A DNA stretch of 64,000 nt from Alphaproteobacteria bacterium (GCA_965221125.1 CBDCRW010000002.1:32001-96000); one strand, 5' to 3'; positions 1-9,811 are shown, counted from the stretch's first letter. Translations and numbers: made by a program. The notes: a model not told the origin generated them from the sequence alone.

Positions 1-1272
1 TACGGCCTGCGCTGGTATCCGTCGAAGGGCGGCGAGCCCGAGACGCGCTGGATCCCGAGCGCGTTCGTGCCGCTGGCGAGGGACGCGCTGAAGCGCATTC
101 GAGACGTCACCGAGCCCGCCCGCGCGCTTGCGCGCAGGTACATGGCCGGCGAGGACATCCTCCCGGGCGACGCCCCGGACGATCCTCTCGCCCGCGAGGG
201 CTACATCAGCATGAGGAGTCTCGGAACGGCCGCCGATCCGAGGACCGTGCTTGTCGCGCTGCGCAGAAACGGATTCGATGTTCGCGCGGACCACGCAACA
301 CAGCTGGGCGTCAAGCTCGCAATGAACGCCAAGCTTTATCTCCGCGCGCCGATCGAAGAAGGCTTTCGGGCGGAGCTCCCGCAAGGCTTCCCGCTGGCCG
401 ATCCCAGATCCGGCCTCGGATACGACCGCGCGCTGCTCGTACGCACCGCTGACATGGCCCGGCAATCGTGCACTCTCTTCTGGCGCCTTTCCTGCGTCTC
501 GACCAGCGAGATCAAGAACACCATGAACGGGAGAGACTGCACGAGCGATCAAAAGGCTGGATTGTTCGGCCGTCTCGGGCTGGTGGACGACGATGGCGAG
601 ACCGTCCGCATCACGCCTCACCAGCTGCGCCACTACATGACCACGCTGGCGAACGAGGGGAACCTGTCGCAGCTCGACATCGCGAGATGGGCGGGCCGCA
701 AGGACATCCGGCACAACGCGTACTACGACCACGAAACCGCCGATTCCCTCGTCTCCAAGGCGCGCTCTCTCGGCGGGGACATCTTCGGCAGCCCGATGAC
801 GGCAACCCCTCAGCGGCCGGTGACCCCGCGGCAGCTGATCGAGGGCAGTCTCGCCGGGGTGCATCTGACGCGTTACGGCGCCTGCCTGCACGACTTTGCG
901 GCGTCGCCCTGCCCGATGTACCGGGACTGCCTGAACTGCGTCGAGCACGCCTGCGTCAAGGGAGACGAGCGCGCCGAGCGCGCCCTGCGCGACCGCCTAG
1001 CCGTCATCCAGAAAGCTGTCGCGTCCGCGGAAGAGGCCGCAGCTATCGGCGAAGGCAACTCGGAGATCTGGCTCTCCCGCAAGAGGACCGAGCTTGCGCG
1101 CCTGCGCGAGCTCGTCGCCCTGATCGACGACGCGGCGATCGCGCCGGGCGCCGTCCTGAGGCTCGACGGCGCGGCACGCTATGCGATCGGCGGCGACGGG
1201 GCCGGTTCGGCGAAAGCCCTGCCCGGCCCCGGCCCGGCTCCCGATTCCTTACCCCGGCTACGGAAACCGTGA
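1..1272 (+). CDS. Tyrosine recombinase/integrase (5' part outside window) with C-terminal Cys/His cluster
   Basis: Frame is open from base 1 (YGLRWYPSKGG...). Motifs ITPHQLRHYMTT and WAGRKDIRHNAYYDH (HxxR ... Y), followed by H-x-T-x2-G-x-C-x-H-D-F...PC...DC-x2-C-x-EH-x-C. Confidence 0.85.
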   Translation, partial: YGLRWYPSKGGEPETRWIPSAFVPLARDALKRIRDVTEPARALARRYMAGEDILPGDAPDDPLAREGYISMRSLGTAADPRTVLVALRRNGFDVRADHATQLGVKLAMNAKLYLRAPIEEGFRAELPQGFPLADPRSGLGYDRALLVRTADMARQSCTLFWRLSCVSTSEIKNTMNGRDCTSDQKAGLFGRLGLVDDDGETVRITPHQLRHYMTTLANEGNLSQLDIARWAGRKDIRHNAYYDHETADSLVSKARSLGGDIFGSPMTATPQRPVTPRQLIEGSLAGVHLTRYGACLHDFAASPCPMYRDCLNCVEHACVKGDERAERALRDRLAVIQKAVASAEEAAAIGEGNSEIWLSRKRTELARLRELVALIDDAAIAPGAVLRLDGAARYAIGGDGAGSAKALPGPGPAPDSLPRLRKP

Positions 1273-1273
1273 C

Positions 1274-1693
1274 ATGGCCCGGCACCTCACCGAGACCAAC
1301 GTCGAAACGCTCGCCAGGACCATCGGCACGCTCGAGGTGGCCACGTGGGGCGCGGTCGTGAGGCTGGCGCGGCGACGGCTCGGCCACGCCTACTCGCGCC
1401 AGGCGCTGTCCAGGCATGAACGGATAAGGACGGCGCTCGCGGCCCGCAGGGAGCAACTCAGGGGCAGCGGGGCGGGGCGGCGGCCGAGACCGAAGACCGA
1501 CACCGAAGCGGCCCTCCTCGAGCGCATCGATTCCCTGGAAGCGGACCTCTGCCGGCTTCGCGCCGAGAACGAGGCGATGATGACCCGGTTCGCCGTCTGG
1601 GCCTACAACACGCACGTTCTCGGCATTCCCGACCATCGGCTGGACGCTCCGCTTCAGCCGGTCGATCGAGAATATAGCGAGCATGACGCATGA
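1274..1693 (+). CDS. Small integrase-associated protein (139 aa, HTH-like plus coiled coil)
   Basis: ATG 1 nt after the integrase stop; YSRQALSRHERIRTA followed by a coiled coil; stop overlaps the next start (ATGA). Confidence 0.7.
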   Translation: MARHLTETNVETLARTIGTLEVATWGAVVRLARRRLGHAYSRQALSRHERIRTALAARREQLRGSGAGRRPRPKTDTEAALLERIDSLEADLCRLRAENEAMMTRFAVWAYNTHVLGIPDHRLDAPLQPVDREYSEHDA

Positions 1694-2229
1694 GCAGGGG
1701 CAGCGGCGCGGAACGCGGCCGGCAGGCGGTGCTGCGCCTGCGCGAAGAGATCGACGCGCGCGAGGCGGCCGGCGAGACCTTGCCCATGAACGGCCGGGCT
1801 CTCCATCTGGCGAAGATCTGCCAGCTGGTCGGGGTTGGCCGGTCGACGGTGACGCAGAACCCGTCCTTCCGCGCCATGCTCAAGGACTACGCCGGCCGGA
1901 AGGGCGTGGCCTTCTCCGCCAGAGGATCGCCGCCCTCCGTGCACGACCGCCAGACCACGGGAGCTGTCGAGGCGCCGGGCGACGCCGGCGGGGAGGCCAT
2001 GGTGCCGGCCTCCCGCCTGCGCGAGGAACAGCGGCGCAGCGCGGCCGCCGAGCGCCGCGTCAGCGAGCTGGTCGCCAGGAACGCGGCGCTCATCGCCCGC
2101 CTGAGGCGCTATGAGGCTACCGATCAAGCGCTGATCGCCGCCGGTCGCCGCTACAGGCCCAGGCCGCCGGAGAAAGAGAACTCCGGCCCCGGACAGAGCC
2201 GCCTTCAGCTCGACGAGACGTCCGAATGA
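1690..2229 (+). CDS. Integrase-associated protein, VPA1267-like HTH plus coiled coil
   Basis: ATGA overlaps at both ends; LAKICQLVGVGRSTVTQNPSFRAML resembles the VPA1267-type motif (recalled, not searched). Confidence 0.65.
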   Translation: MSRGSGAERGRQAVLRLREEIDAREAAGETLPMNGRALHLAKICQLVGVGRSTVTQNPSFRAMLKDYAGRKGVAFSARGSPPSVHDRQTTGAVEAPGDAGGEAMVPASRLREEQRRSAAAERRVSELVARNAALIARLRRYEATDQALIAAGRRYRPRPPEKENSGPGQSRLQLDETSE

Positions 2230-4205
2230 GCCGGCCGGGCGCAGCCGCCCGTGCCGCCGTCGAGGCCCCGATGCCGCGAAGGCCCGGCGCGCTCGCGGCG
2301 TACCTTGCCGAGGACCGGGACTTCCGCGGCATCGGCCCCGCGAAGGCCGCTGCCCTGGCAGCCGCATTCGGCGACGGCCTGCGTAACGCGCTCGACCGGA
2401 AACATCCCGAGGTCACCGCCATCCTCGGCGAGGAAACCGCCACCAACGCGTTCGCGGCCTACGAGTTGAAGAGCCCCGAGATCGAGCTTCTCGACTGGCT
2501 GGAAAGCCGGGGGGTCGCCCCCGCTGTCGGGACGCGTACCGCGATCAGGATCGCCCGCTGCTGGGGCCATGACGGCATCGACGCCCTGAAGGACAATCCC
2601 TACCTCCTCGCGAGCTTCCTGCCCTGGCCTGCAACCGACAGGGTCTGCCGCGCTCTCGGCGTCGCGCCCGACGATCCCCGCCGCGCCGTCGCCGCCGTCG
2701 AGGCCACCCTCTACCGCCGCCTCGACCGGAACCATACATGGACGTCCCGCGCCTCGGCAGAGGCCGGGGCCGCGAAGCTGCTCACCGGCGTAGCGGCTCC
2801 GGACGGCAGCCCTGCCGGACCCTGGGCGGTCGAGAGCGCCGTCGAAGCCGGCGGCGCCGAGCCCTTCGAGGACGGCGTTCAGCCCATGGGCGCGGCCGCC
2901 ATGGAGGCCTTCCTTGCCGAAGAGCTCGCACGCTTCGCCGCCGAAGTTCCGGCGTCCGACCTGGCCTTGCCAGCTGTTGCCGGCGAGGAGATCGGGCACG
3001 CCGTTGACGAGTATGAACGCCGCCGGCCGCACCGCCTCACGGGCCCGCAGAAAGCCGCCATCGCGGGCGCCTTCCGGCACCGGCTGTCGGTGCTGGGCGG
3101 CTATGCCGGCTCCGGCAAGACCACGTCCCTGCGCGGCATCTGCGAGCTGGCGGAACGCTTCGGCCGCGACACCGTGCTCATCGCGCTCTCGGGCCGCGCG
3201 GCGCAGCGCATGGCCCAATCGGCGGGGCGCCCCGCGATGACGATCGCCCGCTTCCTCAAGGAGACCTCCGGCGGCGCGGGTGCGCGCTTGCATGCAGGCA
3301 ACATCGTCATCGTCGACGAGGCGTCCATGGTCGACCTTCCCCTGCTCTGGCAGGTGGTGAGACGCATCGGGGACGCCTCCCTCGTTCTCGTCGGCGATCC
3401 CGCGCAGCTTCCGCCCATCGGCTTCGGCCTGACCTTCCACGTGCTCATCGAACATCCCGCCATCCCGAAGACCGTCCTCGACCGCGTGATGCGTCAATCG
3501 GCCGAGACCGGGATACCGGTCGTGGCCGAGGCCATTCGCAACGGCCGCCGCCCGGAGCTCGGCCCCTTCCGCGGCCTGGCGCCGGGGGTGACGTTCATCG
3601 ACGCCGCCCCGGAGGAGGCGTTCGACGTCATCTTCGATGCCGGCGCGCGGCTCGCCAAGAACGGATTGCGCCGGGGCGACGCTCAGATCGTCGCGCCGGT
3701 CAACGCAGGACCGGCGGGCATCCTCGCCATCAACCGCCGGTTCCACGAACTGCGGATGCAGGGCAGCGCCCATACCCCCCGTCTCGTTCCCGGCCGTGCC
3801 GACATCGCCGAAGGCGATCCCGTCATCTGGACCCGCAACGACTACGAGCGCGACCTCATGAACGGCTCCACCGGCCGTATCGTCGAAGCGCACCGGGACC
3901 ATGCGACGGCGGTCATCGACAGCCAGGAGCACCGGCTGGGCGCCGCCGACGCCACCAACATCGAGCTCGCCTACGCGATCTCCGTGCACAAGGCGCAGGG
4001 CTCGCAGTGGCCCCTGGTGATCGTGCCCGTCTACCGGTCCAGGATCCTCGACAGAACGCTGATCTACACCGCGGCCACGCGGGCCTCGGAGCAGGTCGTC
4101 TTCGTCGGAGACCGAAACGTCTTCGACGCTGCCGTCGCAACGGCGCCAAGGAATCTGAAGCGCGACATCACCCTGGCGTCGCGCTTGAGATCGATCGGGC
4201 AATGA
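2226..4205 (+). CDS. RecD2-like ATP-dependent SF1B DNA helicase
   Basis: HhH RGIGPAKA; NPYLL; Walker A GYAGSGKTT; IVDEASMVD; LVGDPAQLPPI; LAYAISVHKAQGSQW; YTAATRA. Confidence 0.9.
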   Translation: MSRPGAAARAAVEAPMPRRPGALAAYLAEDRDFRGIGPAKAAALAAAFGDGLRNALDRKHPEVTAILGEETATNAFAAYELKSPEIELLDWLESRGVAPAVGTRTAIRIARCWGHDGIDALKDNPYLLASFLPWPATDRVCRALGVAPDDPRRAVAAVEATLYRRLDRNHTWTSRASAEAGAAKLLTGVAAPDGSPAGPWAVESAVEAGGAEPFEDGVQPMGAAAMEAFLAEELARFAAEVPASDLALPAVAGEEIGHAVDEYERRRPHRLTGPQKAAIAGAFRHRLSVLGGYAGSGKTTSLRGICELAERFGRDTVLIALSGRAAQRMAQSAGRPAMTIARFLKETSGGAGARLHAGNIVIVDEASMVDLPLLWQVVRRIGDASLVLVGDPAQLPPIGFGLTFHVLIEHPAIPKTVLDRVMRQSAETGIPVVAEAIRNGRRPELGPFRGLAPGVTFIDAAPEEAFDVIFDAGARLAKNGLRRGDAQIVAPVNAGPAGILAINRRFHELRMQGSAHTPRLVPGRADIAEGDPVIWTRNDYERDLMNGSTGRIVEAHRDHATAVIDSQEHRLGAADATNIELAYAISVHKAQGSQWPLVIVPVYRSRILDRTLIYTAATRASEQVVFVGDRNVFDAAVATAPRNLKRDITLASRLRSIGQ

Positions 4206-4509
4206 CCTCGTTCAGCGACACCCGCCTGCCGGCTGGCCCCATCGCGCCCTGATCGCCCCCATCCCGCGCCCCCCTGATCAAAACTGCGCCCTGGCGGCTT
4301 CCAATGCCGGCGCACGCCCGGCCGCAGCCGGCCTCTCGTCGCGTGCGATCCGTGAAGCCGTCGGCTACCTGTCGGCCACCGGGGCGCCGGGCCTGGCAGA
4401 GGTGGAGAGTGGCTGGAGGAGGATGAACGGAGAAGGGCGGGGAGAGAGATCCCCCGGCCCGCTTCGTTCCGCAACCATCGTCAGAAACTCGGATGAACAG
4501 GAGACGATC

Positions 4510-4929
4510 ATGAGCTTCGGGATGAACAGGGCTGAGCTCATCGGACGCTTGGGCGCCGATGCGACCATCACCAATCTCACGTCCGGCGGGCGCGTCGCCA
4601 ATATGAGCGTGGCGACCGACGAGGGGTACATCGACAAGACCGGCGAGCGCGTCGATCGCGTGGAATGGCACAAGGCGGTGACCTTCCAGGACGGGCTCAT
4701 CGGCATGCTCGAAAAGCACGCGAAGAAGGGTCGCCTGGTCTACGTCAGCGGCAAGCTCCAGACGCGCAGGTGGCGGAAGGAGGGCGAGGACAGCGACCGC
4801 TTCTCCACCGAGATCCTGCTGGTGCCCGGTTCGCGGATCCAGTTCCTCGAGCGCACCAACGGCACCGCCGCCACCCAGGACGACCGCCGGCCGGCAGAAG
4901 CCGGCCATGCCTCCGATTCGCCGTTCTAG
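4510..4929 (+). CDS. ssb: Single-stranded DNA-binding protein
   Basis: MNRAELIGRLGAD...VEWHKAV...KGRLVYVSGKLQTRRW...acidic PF C-terminus (SDSPF). Confidence 0.92.
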   Translation: MSFGMNRAELIGRLGADATITNLTSGGRVANMSVATDEGYIDKTGERVDRVEWHKAVTFQDGLIGMLEKHAKKGRLVYVSGKLQTRRWRKEGEDSDRFSTEILLVPGSRIQFLERTNGTAATQDDRRPAEAGHASDSPF

Positions 4930-5019
4930 GAGCATGATCGCCGTCTACTCCCGATCGGGCCGGCGCTTCGCGCGTCGGCCCGTCCTTCCTGGCCTCGCAT
5001 CGGGTGCCGACGACAAAAG

Positions 5020-5068
5020 TGTAAACAATGTCGCCCATATCGGGCCAATCTCGGCGGCATTGTTTACA
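5020..5068. repeat. 16-bp inverted repeat (1 mismatch), 17-bp spacer
   Basis: TGTAAACAATGTCGCC (5020-5035) and GGCGGCATTGTTTACA (5053-5068). Confidence 0.8.
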
Positions 5069-5439
5069 AGAGATCCGCACGGAAGGGCACCGGAACACCA
5101 AAAGATCGTTGTGAATCAAACCACTCACTCAAACGTTACACGGTCCAACTTCCCATAACCGTTCTAGGCGGGTCCCTCCCTCCCGCTGACCCTGGCCGGT
5201 GCCGCGTCCCTCCCTGCGCGGCATCGGCCATTTTTTCTGCAGCCCATTCAGAGCCGTCTCCGGCCGGACGGCACGGCTCGCGCTTCGCGCGTCGCCCGCC
5301 GTCCCGGCACCCCCAGGAGCCGAGAGGGGCCGGGACCCTGGCGCTCCCCCGGCAGCCGCGAGCGAGGTGCTCCCATGCTCTCCGATCCCGTCCATCGTCC
5401 CGGCCGCGCCAGTGCCGTCATGCGCGCCGGAGGCGCGCC

Positions 5440-6453
5440 ATGAACGCCACCGCCATCGCCGCAGCCCTCGGCGCGCGCGCCGAGGAGGTCTGCCGCCGCT
5501 ACCTCCCCCACGGCCGCAAGAACGGCCGCTACTGGACCGCCGGCGACATTCGCGGCGCCAAGGGGCGCTCGCTCTTCGTCCGCCTCTCACCGCCCGGCGT
5601 CCCCGGCAAGTGGACCGATGCCGCCGAGGGAACGCACGGCGACCTGCTCGACCTCATCCGCATCGCCTCCGGCGCGGGCTCCCTCCGCGCCGCCCTCGCC
5701 GAGGCGCGCGCCTTCCTCTCCCTGCCGCCCGCGGCCGCCGCTGCCGCCTCCGACACCTACGACCGCACGGAGGCGGCGCGCCGCCTGTGGCAGCGCTGCC
5801 GCGCCATCGACGGCACTCATGCCGAGGCCTATCTCCACGCCCGGGCGATCCACCGCTGCCGCTTCCCCGCGCTCCGCTTCCACCCCGCGCTCTTCTACCG
5901 CGACGGCGGCGCCATGCGCCGCCTGCCGGCGCTGGTCGCCGCCGTCACCGGCGCCGCAGGGGAACACCCTGGTCACGGCTCCATCACCGGCGTCCACCGC
6001 ACCTGGCTCGATCCCTTGCGGCCGGCCAAGGCGCCCGTGGCGCGTCCGCGCAAGGCGCTCGGCCGCGTCCACGGACTGGCCGTTCGCTTCGGCGGCTCGG
6101 GGCCCGCCACGCTGCTGGTGGGCGAGGGCATCGAGACGGTGCTCTCGCTGGTCACCGCCATGCCGGACACCGTCGCCGCCGCCGCGCTGTCTGCCGGCAG
6201 TCTCGGCGCGTTCGCGCCTCCTGCCGGCACCGCCCGGCTCGTCATCGCCCGCGACAACGACCCCGAAGGCGAGCGGGCGGCCGAACGCCTTGCCCGCCGC
6301 TGTGCGCGGGCCGGCGTCCCCGCCCATGTCCTCGTTCCCGAAGGCGCAGACTTCAACGACGACCTGCTCGCGCTCGGCTCCGCCGCGCTACGCGCGCGCC
6401 TCGCGCCCCTCTTCCGCTTCGCGGGAGAGAGAGGAGAGCAGGAGTCGGTGTGA
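5440..6453 (+). CDS. Toprim-domain (primase-like) protein of plasmid/ICE backbones
   Basis: GKWTDAAEGTHGDLLDLI; LRFHPAL; GVHRTWLD; Toprim LLVGEGIETVLS, IARDND and DFNDDL. Confidence 0.85.
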   Translation: MNATAIAAALGARAEEVCRRYLPHGRKNGRYWTAGDIRGAKGRSLFVRLSPPGVPGKWTDAAEGTHGDLLDLIRIASGAGSLRAALAEARAFLSLPPAAAAAASDTYDRTEAARRLWQRCRAIDGTHAEAYLHARAIHRCRFPALRFHPALFYRDGGAMRRLPALVAAVTGAAGEHPGHGSITGVHRTWLDPLRPAKAPVARPRKALGRVHGLAVRFGGSGPATLLVGEGIETVLSLVTAMPDTVAAAALSAGSLGAFAPPAGTARLVIARDNDPEGERAAERLARRCARAGVPAHVLVPEGADFNDDLLALGSAALRARLAPLFRFAGERGEQESV

Positions 6454-6505
6454 ACAGGGCGAAGGAAGAGAGAACCCGCCCGCCAGGCACGAAGGGAGCA
6501 CCCGG

Positions 6506-6742
6506 ATGGGACGCTATCGCACCGATCTCACCTTCCGGCGCATCACGCCGGAGGAATCCCGCATCTACCAGGACGGCACCATCGTCGGCGAGGTCTACCG
6601 GCAGGAAGACGTCCTGAATGCGGGCTCGCACTACTACGTCATTCACCTGTCGGAGGACCATCGCGGCCCCGTCAAGGTCCACGACCGCGCGCGCATCCGC
6701 GCCGAGGCCCAGCGCCTCGTCGACACGCATCCCCTCTGGTGA
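6506..6742 (+). CDS. Hypothetical protein (78 aa)
   Basis: GGGAG RBS-like sequence before ATG; protein-like composition (MGRYRTDLTFRRITPEESRIY...HPLW). Confidence 0.6.
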   Translation: MGRYRTDLTFRRITPEESRIYQDGTIVGEVYRQEDVLNAGSHYYVIHLSEDHRGPVKVHDRARIRAEAQRLVDTHPLW

Positions 6743-7415
6743 GCGCCATGACGCTCGTGCCGGGGAACCGCCTTCCGGCGGTCGCGGCCAGGGCCGCGAA
6801 GCGGCTGCCGCCGCTCAGGAGTGGGGAGGGACTGCCCCCCGTCGTGACGCTTTATTGTCCCACGCCGTGCTCCTCCCTCAACCCCGCCAAGCGGCGGGGT
6901 CCTCCGCTTCGCTTCGGCCTCTCGCAAGGGCCCGGCCGCGCGCGCGCCAAGATTCAAGCGCGCGCGGCCTGTCTAGGGCGGGCCGTGAAAGTCGCCGACC
7001 GTGAAGTTGGCTTACGCGAACTCTCCACCGCTTCGCGTGAGGCACGCCGGCCCCTGAAGAGCGGGGCCGGCGCGTCGGCGCAGCGCTCCCTGCCCCCGGC
7101 GACTCGAACGGCTCGCCGCCCGGCGCTGATAGAGCGCCGGATCGGCGTCCGTCCGGTCGCCTCGATGCCCACTCATAACGCGGCTCAAGAACCCGAGGCA
7201 CTGCGCGCGCGGAACCACGCGCGCGCGGCGCCTCGCATCGCGCTGCGCCTCCCCAGGCCCGCAGAACGCCAACTTCCGCACCGAAATCGGCGACTTTCCG
7301 CACCGACTCCCGCCCAAGACACCCTACCGAGAGGTGAGTCGTGCGCGCGCCGTGAGCCAACAAAAGCATCACGACGGGGCACAGGGTCCCGGAGGATGAA
7401 CAGAAGGAGAGCGTC

Positions 7416-8435
7416 ATGCTCGATACAGACAGCCAGACCGCCGAGACCACCGAGACCTCGATGACCCACGCCTTCGCGAAGGCCGGATACACCATCCCCG
7501 GCATCGACCCCTACGACGTCGACGTCCGCGAGCCCCGGCACTACGCATCGCCCACCGCCGCCATCTGCGACCACGCAGCGCTGCACGGCGCCACCCCCGG
7601 CCCGGACGAGATCGACAACCGCTTCGTCTGGGACGAGGACGAGGCCATCGCCGGCATCGAGCAGACGGTGCACACGCTGATCCAGAGCGTCGCCCCGGAC
7701 GGCACGCAGCTCGCCGACGAGCGCGAACCGCTGCTGTGGGGCTTCGCGAACATGCTGCACGCACAGGCGCAGCGGATCGACCGCACCGTCGAGCGGATCG
7801 CCCAGCAGATGCGCGACCTCGAACGCGCCCAGGACGGCACCGAGGTGAAGGCCGTCGAGCTCGAGCGCCTCACCGATCGCGCCCACGATCTCGGCCGGCG
7901 CCGCGACGCGTTCGAGAAGATGCGCGACTTCGCCTCGGACGCCTACCGCGTCGAGACCGGCCAGGTCTGGCGCCCCCGCCACGGATCGCACACCTCGCAG
8001 ACGCGCCGGCTCACCTCGGCCGCCATCGACGCCCGCGACTTCCGGCGCGCGCGGAAGGACCGCGAGACCCAGGCGCATCTGCCCGACGGCACCCTCGTCG
8101 CCATCACCGGCGGGAAGAACGTCGCCGACGCGGACGCGGTCTGGACCACGCTGGACCGTGCGCGCGAGAAGTACGGCGACATGGTGCTGCTGCACGGCGG
8201 CGGCCCGGGCTACGAGAAGATCGCGGCGAGCTGGGCGGACGCGCGCGGCGTCGACCAGGTGGTCTGCCGCCCGGACTGGACCGCACACGGGAAGGCCGCG
8301 CCGTTCAGGAGGAACGACGAGCTTCTGAACCTGCTGCCGAAGGGCGTGATTGCGTTCCCCGGTTCGGGCATCACCGGGAACCTGGTCGACAAGGCCCGGC
8401 AGCTCGGCATCCCGGTCATGAGCGTCGCCGCCTGA
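7416..8435 (+). CDS. DUF2493 / YspA-related SLOG family protein
   Basis: AAGGAG RBS; C-terminal VAITGG...LLHGGGPG...AASWADARGV...AAPFRRNDELL...VIAFPGSGITGNLVDKAR, a SLOG-fold pattern. Confidence 0.85.
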   Translation: MLDTDSQTAETTETSMTHAFAKAGYTIPGIDPYDVDVREPRHYASPTAAICDHAALHGATPGPDEIDNRFVWDEDEAIAGIEQTVHTLIQSVAPDGTQLADEREPLLWGFANMLHAQAQRIDRTVERIAQQMRDLERAQDGTEVKAVELERLTDRAHDLGRRRDAFEKMRDFASDAYRVETGQVWRPRHGSHTSQTRRLTSAAIDARDFRRARKDRETQAHLPDGTLVAITGGKNVADADAVWTTLDRAREKYGDMVLLHGGGPGYEKIAASWADARGVDQVVCRPDWTAHGKAAPFRRNDELLNLLPKGVIAFPGSGITGNLVDKARQLGIPVMSVAA

Positions 8436-9294
8436 TGGCGACGCTTCCGCGATCCGTCAGGGCCGGTCCTTCGCTTCGGCGAGGGATCGGCCTTTCTTTA
8501 TGCACCGTGCCAGGTGTCGCGCGTCGCGGCGCAGCGCTTCGCGCCGCTGCCGCTCGCGCTCCCGGCGGCGCCATCCCGCCATGCGTCAGCGCCTCAGCCT
8601 CGCGGCCAGCTCGGCGCTAACGCGCCGTCGCCGGCCGCTCGCCGGTCCTTCCTCTCCGCCGCCGCGCTTCACGCGCTGCCATCGGCAACTTCCCCCGTTC
8701 TCCCTCTTTCGGTCATCGCGTTCAACGCCGCCATCAACACATCGCTCCGAGCCCCGTTCGGCGAATTCTGGATCACCTTAGCCTGTCCGTAATCCTCGGC
8801 CGTGGTCGATGATGGCCCTTTGTCGTCCGCTGTTCCGGTCGGAAGGTATGGGCGCCCGCCCGGTCCTTCGGACCGGTCGCCGGGCTCTATTCCGCCGGGC
8901 GCGGCTTCGCCCCGCCCGGCTCCACGAAGCCCGCTTCGCGGTCTTCGCCGTCCCGGTGACGATCCCTGGCGCCTTCGCTCCCTTCGGTCGCTGCGCGCTG
9001 CGCTTGCGGGTGCGGGCATGAAATCCCGTGTCTCACCGCCGCCGTTGCTCGGTCGCTCCGCTCCCATCGCCGCCGGCTCCTCCCCACACCTTGCCCAGGC
9101 GCATTGCGTCGCGTCGCTCCGCCGCCGCTTACGCTCGCCTCGCCGCCCTTCGGCGGCTCGCGGTCCTCCACGGCCTCGCAACAGGCTCGGCGCTTTCGCG
9201 CCATCGCCGTTGCTCGCTCTCCCCACATCGACCGCGGCTCATCGCTCTTCGAGCGATATCGCCCCCTTGCGCTCGGCGCTTCGCGCCATGGCGC

Positions 9295-9600
9295 TCAGAA
9301 GGGATCCCCGCCTTCCCCCGAAGCCGCGGCATTCGCCACAGACTTCGCGGCCTTCCGTCCCGGCAGATCGCCCTTGTCGAGGAACGCCTTGAGGCTCCTT
9401 TCCCCGATCTCGATGCCTCGTGCTTTCAGCACTTCGTGCATCTGCGCCACCGTGACGCCCCTGGCCCGTTGCTCGACCATGCGGTCTCGCAGACGGTCCA
9501 GGACGTCCTTCAGCGACAGCTTCGGCGGCGCCAGCTTCGCCAGGTCCCCGTCTATGGCCTCGAAATCCACATCGGCTTCGTTGAAGCGCCTCGCCACCAT
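9295..9600 (-). CDS. Putative relaxosome accessory / oriT-binding protein (TraK/MobC-like)
   Basis: AAGGAAGGGG RBS; divergent from the relaxase across oriT; RGVTVAQMHEVLKARGIEIGERSLKAFL helix-turn-helix-like. Confidence 0.6.
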   Translation of the reverse strand: MVARRFNEADVDFEAIDGDLAKLAPPKLSLKDVLDRLRDRMVEQRARGVTVAQMHEVLKARGIEIGERSLKAFLDKGDLPGRKAAKSVANAAASGEGGDPF

Positions 9601-9701
9601 TGTATCCCCTTCCTTTTCCGACCACTACATCTGGTATGTCGCATGATCGCCCGACCGCCCCACCATGTCAACGGACGCCCCTTTCGGTCCCTGCGATGGG
9701 G

Positions 9702-9745
9702 CCCCACCCCGTGCGACCTCTCCCCACCCCGTGCGACCTCTCCCC
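9702..9745. repeat. 20-bp tandem direct repeat (2 copies plus partial) near oriT
   Basis: CCCCACCCCGTGCGACCTCT at 9702-9721 and 9722-9741. Confidence 0.85.
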
Positions 9746-9811
9746 GTCCCTGCCTTTGAACCCGCGCCTTGCGCGGAGTCTCCCCTGTTGAAACCACATA
9801 ACGTAGAAAAA

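Noticed and set aside
2205-4202. 665-aa minus-strand ORF, and similar long ORFs at 11320-13302, 42127-45399, 52831-55704 and 56690-59359
   Set aside because: Antisense shadows of motif-bearing genes in GC-rich DNA; no recognisable motifs.
8436-9294. Several 60-200 aa ORFs in the hairpin-rich spacers (also 6743-7415)
   Set aside because: Arg/Pro/Ala-rich translations with no motifs; better explained as structured non-coding DNA.
9702-9745. Repeat as a possible CRISPR array
   Set aside because: Adjacent tandem copies without spacers; no cas genes seen in the window.
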